Of a stretch of DNA of 64,000 nt, positions 19,432-28,829 are shown one piece after another (positions within the stretch are counted from its first letter, which is position 1; each line of letters starts with the position of its first letter). The translations under genes and the position numbers were made by a program. The notes beneath the pieces were generated by a model, which saw only the letters and a program-made list of their open reading frames with translations, searched no databases and had not been told where the DNA came from. The stretch is from sequence record KU521356.1; one strand, 5' to 3'.

Positions 19432-19926
19432 ATGTTATTTAAAAAAGAAGTATGTATTGAGAATATCCTAGTACTAGAAAAACTATACATGGTTACTAAT
19501 CGTAAGGATAATATCTATCCTAATCCAGAGGTAACTTATGAAGATATTAAGAAATTTACCAAAACCTATGGTAAAATTCCAATGGACTTCTTAGGTCCAT
19601 TATTACATGAGATTGTTGAACGGGAAGATTATATTCTAAAAGAAAAAGAAGCTCAAGAATACATTGATAAAATGCCTATTATTGTAGAACACGATAATAG
19701 TCGTATTGTTAATGAATACACTATCTTGAATTATATTATTCCAGTTACTACTCATCCTAATCTTAATAATCGATCATATACCATCAATCTTTATAAGTAT
19801 GTCGACTGCCTAGAAAATACTACCAAAGCATTAAAACATTTTAGATGGACAAATAATCAAGATTATAATTTCTTAAAGACGGTGCATGGCCGTTTACTAG
19901 ATATTCTTGATATCATGGAAAGTTAA
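19432..19926 (+). CDS. Hypothetical protein
   Basis: AAGGAA RBS. Confidence 0.75.
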   Translation: MLFKKEVCIENILVLEKLYMVTNRKDNIYPNPEVTYEDIKKFTKTYGKIPMDFLGPLLHEIVEREDYILKEKEAQEYIDKMPIIVEHDNSRIVNEYTILNYIIPVTTHPNLNNRSYTINLYKYVDCLENTTKALKHFRWTNNQDYNFLKTVHGRLLDILDIMES

Positions 19927-20015
19927 TATGTTAAAAACATATTCATCTAATATACTCCATTACATACGTTACCCTACTCCATATTGGGGTAGGGGTATTA
20001 AGGTGGGGTATAAAT

Positions 20016-20309
20016 ATGTCAAGCAACAAACTATCTGCACAACTCAATCATCATCACAATACTCGTATAGTTAATTATTATGTCTCACTAGCCGCAAGTC
20101 GTTATGGCGACACCAATCCTTCAGCAAAAGCTAAAGGTAAATGGCGTAAACATAATCCATTTAATTGTGGTAGGTCTCGTTGTATGCTATGTGGTAATCC
20201 CCGTAAGCGTTGGAATAGACTTACTCTTAATGAGATTAAAATTAATATTTCATTAAAAGAACAATTAACTGAAATTAGTAGAGACATTGCTGAGCTAAAT
20301 GAGGATTGA
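20016..20309 (+). CDS. Small basic putative Zn-binding protein
   Basis: C-x4-C-x2-CGNPR motif. Confidence 0.65.
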   Translation: MSSNKLSAQLNHHHNTRIVNYYVSLAASRYGDTNPSAKAKGKWRKHNPFNCGRSRCMLCGNPRKRWNRLTLNEIKINISLKEQLTEISRDIAELNED

Positions 20310-20380
20310 ACAATGTATGAAGAGTACGAAGCAATTTAATAGTTTAGATTAACCATTCGAAATAAATTTGGAATAATTAA

Positions 20381-20503
20381 ATGAAAGTTAAAAATAAGCA
20401 ACAGCCTAAATTTGTCAATCTAGCTACTATGCAAGCCGCATGGCGTTTAAATAACGCAGAGCTTAAAGCTAAGCGGGAAGCTAAAGAAAAGCAAAAAGAA
20501 TAA
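20381..20503 (+). CDS. 40-aa basic small protein
   Basis: MKVKNKQQPKFVNLATMQAAWRLNNAELKAKREAKEKQKE, read by hand. Confidence 0.5.
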   Translation: MKVKNKQQPKFVNLATMQAAWRLNNAELKAKREAKEKQKE

Positions 20504-20668
20504 AACTATTTGATTGCATAAAGAGAGAGGATAAATTCCTCTCTCTTTTTATGTTGTTTTATAACTTATATTTAGTCTAAAAGATAATTATGGAATAAAC
20601 AAAAAATATCCTAACTGATATGTTTGTTCTTTATTCTTGACTTATTGAACCCAAAGAGGATTTTTAAA

Positions 20669-21154
20669 ATGACTGATATTTTAAATAAAGATAACTTCTT
20701 TTCATGGGGTGCTGTAGTAGGTGGTGCACTATTACAGTATTTTGAAAATGGTAAACTTGAAGGTGGTTATAGTATATTTAAATTCAGTGATGATGTTAAT
20801 GGCCTGGTAATTACAGGTGGTATAACGCATCGAAAAAATATCGGGATCCTGTGTGGTCAAGGTGATGATGAAGATCTATTTTTAGTATTCGTCATAAGTA
20901 ATACTGAAAAGCCACATGCAGTATGGTATTACGATATTTATGTAGATGATGAAAGTAGTATTTGTTTTACAAATTCTTCACCTACCAGTGGTCGTATCTT
21001 TAAATCAGATACTGATGGAAATAATGACCTGTCGATAAGTCAATTACTTAAAGTAGTTAAATACTTAGTAGATGAACGAGTTCGTTTAAATAAAAATATA
21101 GTTAATTCACCAGGTTATAAAATCATTGAAGAAGATAAAGACTTTCAACTATAA
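20669..21154 (+). CDS. Hypothetical protein
   Basis: GAGGA RBS before ATG 20669. Confidence 0.7.
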   Translation: MTDILNKDNFFSWGAVVGGALLQYFENGKLEGGYSIFKFSDDVNGLVITGGITHRKNIGILCGQGDDEDLFLVFVISNTEKPHAVWYYDIYVDDESSICFTNSSPTSGRIFKSDTDGNNDLSISQLLKVVKYLVDERVRLNKNIVNSPGYKIIEEDKDFQL

Positions 21155-21181
21155 TAAGTATTTTACAAAGTTACCATAAAT

Positions 21182-21250
21182 ACCTCCCTTCGGGGAGGTT
21201 TTATATTGTGTTTTTTTGTATTCAAACATATTTAAACAGTATATTACAAC
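21182..21250 (+). promoter_or_regulatory. Terminator + early promoter cassette
   Basis: ACCTCCC-TTCG-GGGAGGT hairpin, then TATTTAAACAGTATATTAC (TATATTAC at 21240). Confidence 0.85.
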
Positions 21251-21283
21251 AGTGAATTCAATCTTGAAAAAAGGAGATATACC

Positions 21284-21613
21284 ATGAATATGTCCACTAT
21301 TTCTACTGGTATTCTGGTGCTGGGCGGACTGGCATTTGGTTATAGCATTTGCAATGGTGTGCATTCAGTTTATAAAGAACTGGCTATGGAAATCTATTAT
21401 AAAAAGCAATTGACAAAAGTAAAAGAGAAACTCACCGAATATGAAAACAAATATGTAGAAGTACCCTCAACAGCTGAAGTAAATATTTATATCGAACCTC
21501 TACTAACTGAGGCCCTTAATAAACTAGATCGATTCACCTATGGGTGTTTCCTAGCTGAGGTTGAACAACATATCGATTTTATTATTGATAATTACCGTGT
21601 AGTTAACAGATAA
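21284..21613 (+). CDS. Early single-pass membrane protein (position of phiKZ gp241)
   Basis: Monocistronic behind early promoter; AAGGAG RBS; N-terminal TGILVLGGLAFGYSI; identity inferred from gene order only. Confidence 0.7.
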   Translation: MNMSTISTGILVLGGLAFGYSICNGVHSVYKELAMEIYYKKQLTKVKEKLTEYENKYVEVPSTAEVNIYIEPLLTEALNKLDRFTYGCFLAEVEQHIDFIIDNYRVVNR

Positions 21614-21619
21614 TAAGAG

Positions 21620-21680
21620 CATAAAGCCCTCCCTTCGGGGAGGGCTATTGCACTAAATTTTATTTGAGATCTATATTACA
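21620..21680 (+). repeat. 54-bp terminator + early-promoter cassette, copy 2
   Basis: Identical to 6149..6202; consensus TATATTAC at 21672. Confidence 0.9.
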
Positions 21681-21724
21681 TGTGTGTATTACAAAATCAA
21701 ATTAATGTGTCGAGGTTTTAATAG

Positions 21725-22162
21725 ATGGACGTAGTTACTAACATTTGGGAGGACGTTCTTACGAACGTGCACCACAAACTAAAGGTAATGGCCACTACTG
21801 CTGGCGATGTCATTCATACAGTGGAACCCAAATTAAATGAAATGATTAAATCGAATATTAATCAACTACAGACAGAAAGGTATAGTCTTAGTTTAAACAA
21901 AACTAAAGACAATAAATACTACGCAAAATACCATGATAATCATCATGGCTGGGATGTTTATTTATTTGTTGAACAAACTAGGTATGGGGCTATTGTTGGT
22001 AGTGGGTTACGCCATCGTGCTAAAGAAGCTTGGGGGCTTAATAAATTCAGAGAATATAATCTTATCAAAGTAAGGTGTACTCGACAAAATAGTGTTGTTG
22101 ATAGTATTGTCTTCTTCGATGATCCATCTGAATATTTTCTTAGAGCTGTAAATAAATTTTAA
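21725..22162 (+). CDS. Early hypothetical protein
   Basis: GAGGT RBS downstream of early promoter. Confidence 0.75.
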   Translation: MDVVTNIWEDVLTNVHHKLKVMATTAGDVIHTVEPKLNEMIKSNINQLQTERYSLSLNKTKDNKYYAKYHDNHHGWDVYLFVEQTRYGAIVGSGLRHRAKEAWGLNKFREYNLIKVRCTRQNSVVDSIVFFDDPSEYFLRAVNKF

Positions 22163-22182
22163 ATTAACTAAAAGGTAAAAAA

Positions 22183-23079
22183 ATGAATAATCTACAAGTT
22201 AATACCACTATTAAAGAATTACATAAACTTCTAATCTGTAATATTATTGATGGTAAACTAATTGAATATAATGATATTGTGAAAGAACTGAAAATTACTA
22301 ATGATGAATTAGATAATCTACTAATAGCTATTTCAAAGCTATCTGATACACCAATTAATAATATCTTTAAATCACTTTCACTAGCAATTGATCTACGTAC
22401 AATTACATCCGTCATTGAAAAACTTAGTAATTCTACGAAACTATCTAAAAAAGAAATCCAACTAGACCTGTTAACTAGTTTAGGAATAAAAGATAATTAT
22501 TTTTCGAATAGTTGCACTAACGTGTATCATGAACTAAGTGATATTATCAAAAAGCTTGAACATAGTGATAAACTATATCAAACAGATTATCAAAACTTTA
22601 TTATTGATAAAGTAACTAGTCATTTTAAAGATGTATTGTATTCGGCTGGTTATGCAATCAGTGATATTTATAAGTACACTGATTCTAAAGTAGTTAATGT
22701 AGATAAAAATGGACTATTGATAGGTATGAGCATTACCAATTATAGCTTCCATAATAAGGATGAACCAATTAGGACTATTGGTTTTTCATTAATTGATAAA
22801 ACCGAATGTTGTGTTGGAAAATCTGAAACTATTAAAAAGTTTGATGTTGAAGATTTTCTTAATGCAATGGATACTATCAATATTAACCCTACTTCTATTA
22901 TTTTTTCAAACCAGTATCGAGAAAAAGACTTAGCCATTCATAATGCGATCATGAATGAATTTAAGGTGAACAAGATTTCAAATAATACACGTGACAATAT
23001 AGTATCTTATCATACTGTCATGATGGGGCATAACTGTATTATCTCATTTAATCACAATGGGTTCCTATTGAAAATTTAA
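22183..23079 (+). CDS. Hypothetical protein (298 aa, very AT-rich)
   Basis: AAGGT RBS. Confidence 0.75.
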
Positions 23080-23136
23080 TAGAATATCAATTAAAAATTA
23101 TCTTATGTAGTTTATCTAATTAAGGAAACAAAAAGA

Positions 23137-23493
23137 ATGCCAACTTATATTGAATTAATCAATATTGTCAATGACGATACTCCTGAAGATGATGCAGTTA
23201 TTAGTGATCTGATGAGTCAAATGAATGATAAACAAACTGTTCTTGACAGTTGTCGTATCAATCATAAAGGCTATGCTTATTTTAAGTTCCATGTTAAGGG
23301 ATCAATTAGTAAGGATAAACTTAAGGCTCTAAATGAAACTTTAAAAGATTCTAATCTTGTTGTGACTGATGCTAGTACACAACGTGGTTTCATGCCACCT
23401 AATAAGTTTGATGATATCACTTATACTGAAGAGAGTGTTGGTTATAGGGCAATGGTCTGGACAAGCTTCACTATTGAAAAGCTACTTGTATAA
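23137..23493 (+). CDS. Late, probably virion-associated protein
   Basis: Preceded by TATGTAG at about 23104 and followed by its own terminator; virion role is inference. Confidence 0.6.
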   Translation: MPTYIELINIVNDDTPEDDAVISDLMSQMNDKQTVLDSCRINHKGYAYFKFHVKGSISKDKLKALNETLKDSNLVVTDASTQRGFMPPNKFDDITYTEESVGYRAMVWTSFTIEKLLV

Positions 23494-23543
23494 TAAGAGC
23501 CCTTCGGGGCTCTTTCTATTTCGCAATTAGGTATCTGTATTAA

Positions 23544-23978
23544 ATGGATAAGTATCCTATTCTACAAGCTATGTCTAAAGAAGAGGCATTTAGACTTTTA
23601 GACATACAAGGTGAGTTTAGAAAAACTCAAATGAAAGAAAGGTATTGGAATGAGGAAACTGGTCTATGGTGGTGGGAACAACATCCCGATGTGAAATTAA
23701 GGATAGTTGCCGCCTGCAATAGATGGAAGGATGTTTATTTCATTGCAGCGAGGCATTCATCAATCATAATGACTCAACAACAGCTAATGTATGGTGGTCT
23801 TAAGGTATTGCATGAATATGCAGGAGATGATCATGAACAAGGTTTTATTGATCAGTATGAAAACTTCCACTCTAGGGAAGAAGCAGTAATTATCGCTAAG
23901 AATAATAATCAGTTATATCGAGCTGAATTAGAAAATAGATTAGTAACTAAATATTTATTTAGTGAAGACCTATATTAG
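23544..23978 (+). CDS. Conserved phage hypothetical protein
   Basis: IVAAC.R..ARH..QGFIDQ..F.SREEA..IA..LFSEDLY pattern recalled from many phages. Confidence 0.7.
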   Translation: MDKYPILQAMSKEEAFRLLDIQGEFRKTQMKERYWNEETGLWWWEQHPDVKLRIVAACNRWKDVYFIAARHSSIIMTQQQLMYGGLKVLHEYAGDDHEQGFIDQYENFHSREEAVIIAKNNNQLYRAELENRLVTKYLFSEDLY

Positions 23979-24008
23979 GTTTCCAATAATTTAAATAGGA
24001 ATATAGCT

Positions 24009-24665
24009 ATGCTAATGAATGAAATTATCGATATTCTAGAAGGAGGGAAAGAGAATATTCTCTTAACTAACCATCTAGGTAATGGCAAATATTCCAATGC
24101 GGGTAATGCAATGGCTGCATCATATGCCATTGCGGCACATACTGCTGTTGGTCAATTGCGAGATGGTTCAGGAAAACCTTACTGGCATCATTTATTACAA
24201 GTAGCTGAGATGGCGCAATTATTCGACCTATCTCACGCTGCTTATAAAGCAGCATGGTTACATGATGTAATTGAGGATACTGCTGTAACTGCTTCTGATC
24301 TAACTAAACTATTCTCAATCCCTGTTGTTAATTTAGTAACTGAACTAACAAATGTAACTTACGAAGGTAATCGTAAAACTAGGATTAGTTTACAACATGA
24401 AAGACTTTCTCGCATTTCATGGAGTGGTCAATCTCTTAAGTTACTAGATTCCATTTCAAACATGTGGTCGATTGTTAATGATAAGCCTGATTTTGCTGAA
24501 CTGTATCTGACTGAGAAAGCTCAACTAATCAGTAAGTTAAATAATTGTCACCCCGCTATTAAAGATCTGGCTATATCTGTTCTCTATGGCAGGTGTACTA
24601 TGGTTGGTGGGGATGCACTAAAAGAATATAATAAACTATTTTCTGATAATGAAATTGTATGTTAA
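24009..24665 (+). CDS. Stand-alone RelA/SpoT-type HD hydrolase (small alarmone hydrolase-like)
   Basis: AH..Q.RDGSGKPY..H, AAWLHDVIEDT, LKLLD.I.N motifs. Confidence 0.85.
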   Translation: MLMNEIIDILEGGKENILLTNHLGNGKYSNAGNAMAASYAIAAHTAVGQLRDGSGKPYWHHLLQVAEMAQLFDLSHAAYKAAWLHDVIEDTAVTASDLTKLFSIPVVNLVTELTNVTYEGNRKTRISLQHERLSRISWSGQSLKLLDSISNMWSIVNDKPDFAELYLTEKAQLISKLNNCHPAIKDLAISVLYGRCTMVGGDALKEYNKLFSDNEIVC

Positions 24666-24683
24666 AATAATTACTTAATATAC

Positions 24684-24755
24684 ACCCTCCCTTCGGGGAG
24701 GGTTTTATTTATCTTTTTTTTGTATTTAAACTATTTAAAAAGCTATATTACAAAT
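24684..24755 (+). promoter_or_regulatory. Terminator + early promoter cassette
   Basis: ACCCTCCC-TTCG-GGGAGGGT; TATATTAC at 24744. Confidence 0.85.
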
Positions 24756-24784
24756 ATGAATTTAATAACCAAGAGGGCAATACA

Positions 24785-25048
24785 ATGACTGAACGTTTGA
24801 AATCCGTATGGTGCGCTTGCAGCTTACTGCGTGAACGCTGGAGACACATCCAAGACATTGCTGTCGGGGATGAACATCATGTCATAGTAAAAAACGATAT
24901 GCTGATGGTGTTTCGTGGTCAAGTACCGGTAGGTAGCATGTACCGGGGTGACAGTGACCCACTCATCTACGAGGGTGGTGCACTGGAAGAATTTACTAAA
25001 GTTGTATTGGATTTAGAATTCAATACTCGTGGTGAAACCAATAGTTAA
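24785..25048 (+). CDS. Early hypothetical protein
   Basis: GAGGG RBS. Confidence 0.7.
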   Translation: MTERLKSVWCACSLLRERWRHIQDIAVGDEHHVIVKNDMLMVFRGQVPVGSMYRGDSDPLIYEGGALEEFTKVVLDLEFNTRGETNS

Positions 25049-25074
25049 TAAAATTAATTTTGAGGTAATTCATT

Positions 25075-25482
25075 ATGAAATATGTAATTGTATTTATGTT
25101 GTCTATTGTAACTATCACTGCTAACTCGGCTGTCATGTACACTAATCGTGATTCATGCATCGAGTTTGTAAAACAGGCAGATGAATTGTTTGTAAAAGGT
25201 GCATCTGTAACTGAAGTGCAAATGAAGACTTATGAAAGGATTCATTATATCCTTAATAACACTAAAGATCTAAAGACCAACCAGTCTAAAGTTGAAGAAC
25301 TCACTGGTCTATTTTACCTATGGTCTAAGGTAGATAAAATGGCAATTGAGGCAAGTTTGCCACGTGCAACAAATGCTGCTAAAGTCTATAAGACCACTCC
25401 TGAGAAATTCATCATTGATGGTTATTTCCAGCGTTGTGTAGCGGCAGGTGCGTTTGAAGCAAAACCACTTACTCTAAAATAA
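25075..25482 (+). CDS. Exported two-Cys helical protein
   Basis: Signal peptide ending TANSA; RDSC...FQRC. Confidence 0.75.
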   Translation: MKYVIVFMLSIVTITANSAVMYTNRDSCIEFVKQADELFVKGASVTEVQMKTYERIHYILNNTKDLKTNQSKVEELTGLFYLWSKVDKMAIEASLPRATNAAKVYKTTPEKFIIDGYFQRCVAAGAFEAKPLTLK

Positions 25483-25494
25483 TGGAGGTACAAC

Positions 25495-25854
25495 ATGCTT
25501 AAGAATTGGCTATTATTCCTTTTCCTGCCAATCCTGTCCATTGCATGTCAGCCTGCCCACGCTGTAGAAGTGGGTATTACTAAGAAATCATGTAATGTGG
25601 CAGTAAATCTTTCACAAAAAGCAACTGAGCTTTATGATAAGAACCTATCCCAATTTGAGATAATGATGCAGTTAGATATGATCTCTCGTAAGGATATGGA
25701 TGACTTAGAGTTCTATGCAGGTACCGTATATGCTAAATTAAACTTAGTTGATATTCGCGTAAATAAACGAAAAGGATTTACCAATGGAGCTATTCTAGAT
25801 AGGCTAGCTGAAAACTGTGTTGAAGCAATTGGTACTAAATTTAACTTGGAGTAG
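25495..25854 (+). CDS. Exported two-Cys helical protein
   Basis: Signal peptide ending PAHA; KKSC...AENC. Confidence 0.75.
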   Translation: MLKNWLLFLFLPILSIACQPAHAVEVGITKKSCNVAVNLSQKATELYDKNLSQFEIMMQLDMISRKDMDDLEFYAGTVYAKLNLVDIRVNKRKGFTNGAILDRLAENCVEAIGTKFNLE

Positions 25855-25857
25855 AAT

Positions 25858-26652
25858 ATGGTTAGTATTTATATTGTCATTATACTCATGGCTATGCTAG
25901 CTGCATTGACATGTGGTAATTTGGTAGATAGCTGGGTAAGGCCAGCTATTCTAAAGTGGTTAAATGATGATGTCGCTATTCATTTCACCAATGCTACCTG
26001 GATGGTTGGGGGGATCCCTAATAGTGTTCCAATGCAACTAGGTAAAGCTGTTTGGTTACCCAAATACGTGGGTGACGGAATACGTCTTTATATCACGGCT
26101 GATGAAATAAAATTTGGATGGAATGGTAAAGAAAAAGATGCTTTAGCACGAGCCATTGTTGAAGTTATCTTTATTGGTAAAAATCCAAATAGTAAACTTC
26201 TTGAAGTAAGTATTAAACCTATTTGGTTACACCCTTCTATCCAAAAAGAAAGTTTCTATTTAATGTTTGATTGGGAAAAGCTTTATACAAAAAATGAAGA
26301 GATGCGTATTTGTTGGAAGACAATACGTCACACTTTTTTCTATGGATTCCTAGGTTTGCTATTTGGCGGTAGTGCCAATGCAGATAACCTTGTATTAACT
26401 GAACGTGGATGTGACCAATATGAAGCAATGGTGAGAACTATTGCATCTAAAGCTTATATTGGATTAGATCCAGTTATGGGTAGGGAATTCATTATTAATG
26501 ATCCTGATATGTTAAATGCCCGTGAGAAAGCACAACGTAATACCCGTATCATTATCGATATGGTGGAAACTGGACAAGAACCCAAAGACATTGCATTATG
26601 GATGAATACTCAATGTAAACAAGAAGCAGTGTCAAATTTAATCAAACAGTAA
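25858..26652 (+). CDS. Membrane protein apparently fused to a further exported two-Cys protein (internal start 26302)
   Basis: N-terminal hydrophobic helix; internal MRICW...GGSANA signal-like segment, then ERGC...NTQC. Confidence 0.6.
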   Translation: MVSIYIVIILMAMLAALTCGNLVDSWVRPAILKWLNDDVAIHFTNATWMVGGIPNSVPMQLGKAVWLPKYVGDGIRLYITADEIKFGWNGKEKDALARAIVEVIFIGKNPNSKLLEVSIKPIWLHPSIQKESFYLMFDWEKLYTKNEEMRICWKTIRHTFFYGFLGLLFGGSANADNLVLTERGCDQYEAMVRTIASKAYIGLDPVMGREFIINDPDMLNAREKAQRNTRIIIDMVETGQEPKDIALWMNTQCKQEAVSNLIKQ

Positions 26653-26665
26653 AAAAGGCATAGAT

Positions 26666-27049
26666 ATGAAAAGAAATTTTGAAGATGATCACGTGGTAAT
26701 GGCAGTGGAAGTATATGAGAAACTGAAAGAAGCTGCTGCTTATTCATTACACTCTTCTGAAATTAGTAAGATCGAACGACATATGCGTAAGTTTAATCGT
26801 GTTCAACGCGATAAACATATTGAAAATATGCATATGGAAATGCTTGAGAAACGCGAGGCTATTAGAAAAGCAAAATCTTTCTTTTCTCAAAATGCCGGTA
26901 AAATTGGTTGCGTAGTAGATAGGCTTGTCAAAGTATGTGAAGTGTATAAAATGGATAAGTCTATGGTGGTTGTTGAGTTTCTCCAACATAAATCTAAAAT
27001 TAAAGTTCCAGTAAATCCTGAAAAAATTACTATTCTTACCATTAAATAA
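26666..27049 (+). CDS. Hypothetical protein, paralog of 1351..1953
   Basis: VVMAVEVYEKL...IERHMRKFN...IRKAKSFF. Confidence 0.75.
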   Translation: MKRNFEDDHVVMAVEVYEKLKEAAAYSLHSSEISKIERHMRKFNRVQRDKHIENMHMEMLEKREAIRKAKSFFSQNAGKIGCVVDRLVKVCEVYKMDKSMVVVEFLQHKSKIKVPVNPEKITILTIK

Positions 27050-27066
27050 ATGAAGAAGGATTTAAA

Positions 27067-27522
27067 ATGAAAAATGTAATTGCAGCAGCTTTCGCTGGTC
27101 TCATTGCCATTACCGGTATCATGTTCAATACCGCAATGGCTGAAATCAAGATTGGTAAAAAAGATGCTCAACTCACTGTGCAGTCGTGTGCAATGGTTGA
27201 AACCATTACTAAACAAGCTGTATTTCGAATGAGTGAAGGTCATAGCGCAGATGAAGTTGGTGTGCTTATGCTCAACAACTCTGCTAAACTAAAAGATGAG
27301 TTGGATACCAATAATTGGATTGCGTTAACATTCGTATTCAATAGTCTTAATAAAATCAATAATGACCTTAACAGTAAAGAGATCCATGATTATATCCGTA
27401 GTCAAGGTTACAATGTGACTACTCCTAATCTGGCAGCTTTTATCAGCGGGTATTATGGCAATTACTGCATGAAGCATATTGGTGAGAAATTCACTCACAT
27501 GGTAATTGTTGAACTCATTTAA
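27067..27522 (+). CDS. Exported two-Cys helical protein
   Basis: Signal peptide ending TAMA; VQSC...GNYC. Confidence 0.75.
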   Translation: MKNVIAAAFAGLIAITGIMFNTAMAEIKIGKKDAQLTVQSCAMVETITKQAVFRMSEGHSADEVGVLMLNNSAKLKDELDTNNWIALTFVFNSLNKINNDLNSKEIHDYIRSQGYNVTTPNLAAFISGYYGNYCMKHIGEKFTHMVIVELI

Positions 27523-27554
27523 TTCATATCGAATACTTTCAAAAGGAAAATAGG

Positions 27555-27932
27555 ATGAAATACGTCTTCTCGCTCATTATCACTATGGTAGCAATGTCGG
27601 TTAATGCACAACCCGTAACCGTGTCATCTTGCTACGTGCTGCACAGCTTGGCAAAGAATATGGTTCAATTCTACACTAATGGCGGTGAGCCATTGGAGAT
27701 GTATGCAATACTGCAAGATGAACTATCCATTGCCATAGATAAAAACCAGAGTGATAAGGCACTCGCTATTAATATCGCATTGGATAATGTCGATGTAATA
27801 TACCAAAATCTCACTGATCCCGCACTTAAGCTTTTGGCAAAGAGCGAGGGAAGTGATCTTGGTGAGATGCTGACTGAAAAACTCAGTAATGGGTGTTTCA
27901 ATATAGTCGGCGAGGAGTTGTATGATAACTAG
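27555..27932 (+). CDS. Exported two-Cys helical protein
   Basis: Signal peptide ending SVNA; VSSC...SNGC. Confidence 0.75.
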   Translation: MKYVFSLIITMVAMSVNAQPVTVSSCYVLHSLAKNMVQFYTNGGEPLEMYAILQDELSIAIDKNQSDKALAINIALDNVDVIYQNLTDPALKLLAKSEGSDLGEMLTEKLSNGCFNIVGEELYDN

Positions 27933-28161
27933 AATCATCCTAATTGTTGCATGGGTATGGGTAATCTCTCTTATGGGAATGATTACGTATGTTCTTTATG
28001 ATACGTATCAATTTCGTAAGAAATTAGAAATGCCTGTTGTAGAATGGGAAGATAAGGCGAAGGACACTCCTGTTAAGAAGTGTCCAGATGAAGTATTATT
28101 CGCTGAAGACCCAAAGGATGGCAAACTCAAAATGGGATGCCCTGAGAGTTATAAGAAATAA
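27922..28161 (+). CDS. Single-pass membrane protein
   Basis: N-terminal TM helix; GAGGAG RBS; C-terminal Cys pair. Confidence 0.7.
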   Translation: MITRIILIVAWVWVISLMGMITYVLYDTYQFRKKLEMPVVEWEDKAKDTPVKKCPDEVLFAEDPKDGKLKMGCPESYKK

Positions 28162-28243
28162 TTAGAGGACCTTCGGGTCCTCTTTTTAACCGACTGGACG
28201 GTTAAAACTAGGTGGGATAAATTAAACTATTTGAGGAAATCTA

Positions 28244-28351
28244 ATGCAACTTAGTAATGAACTTTTCTATGTGGGTATGGTAGCTGTATCAATGTCAATC
28301 GGTATGCTATTTAGCTATATTTATCACACTCATAAGAAAAAATATAAATAA
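28244..28351 (+). CDS. 35-aa membrane peptide
   Basis: GAGGA RBS; [35 protein letters not shown]. Confidence 0.6.
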   Translation: MQLSNELFYVGMVAVSMSIGMLFSYIYHTHKKKYK

Positions 28352-28356
28352 AGTCA

Positions 28357-28420
28357 TAAACCCTCTCCCAAAGGAGAGGGCTTTTACATTAAATTTTTTT
28401 TGAAATCTATATTACACTAA
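28357..28420 (+). promoter_or_regulatory. Terminator + early promoter cassette
   Basis: CCCTCTCC-caaa-GGAGAGGG; TATATTAC at 28408. Confidence 0.85.
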
Positions 28421-28454
28421 TACAACATTAAACTATTAAATAGGTAATTAAAAA

Positions 28455-28829
28455 ATGAATGAAAATATTAAACGCTCATTTATTGGTATGCCACTGTCTA
28501 TCAATATTGGTAAAGATATTGATTTATCAATGTATGAACGAATTGTATTTGTATCACAAGTAGATAAAAATGATATAAAATACTTTGTTTATAAATTAAA
28601 TAAATCCAAATTTAAACATGAACCAAATGTAGTTAATTACGCCGAAACAGATAAGGATATTATTATTTATCCCCCGCTTGATTTCATTCAGACAATTAAT
28701 GAATATTATCGAGTATCATTGGAAAATGAATTTATGTGTCATCCTGTTATTCTAAAAGCAGATGATAGTAATAATCAAGAAGTATTTTTGAAAACTATTA
28801 AAATGGTACATGAGTATGTCGATGAATAA
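28455..28829 (+). CDS. Early hypothetical protein
   Basis: First ORF after early promoter. Confidence 0.7.
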   Translation: MNENIKRSFIGMPLSINIGKDIDLSMYERIVFVSQVDKNDIKYFVYKLNKSKFKHEPNVVNYAETDKDIIIYPPLDFIQTINEYYRVSLENEFMCHPVILKADDSNNQEVFLKTIKMVHEYVDE

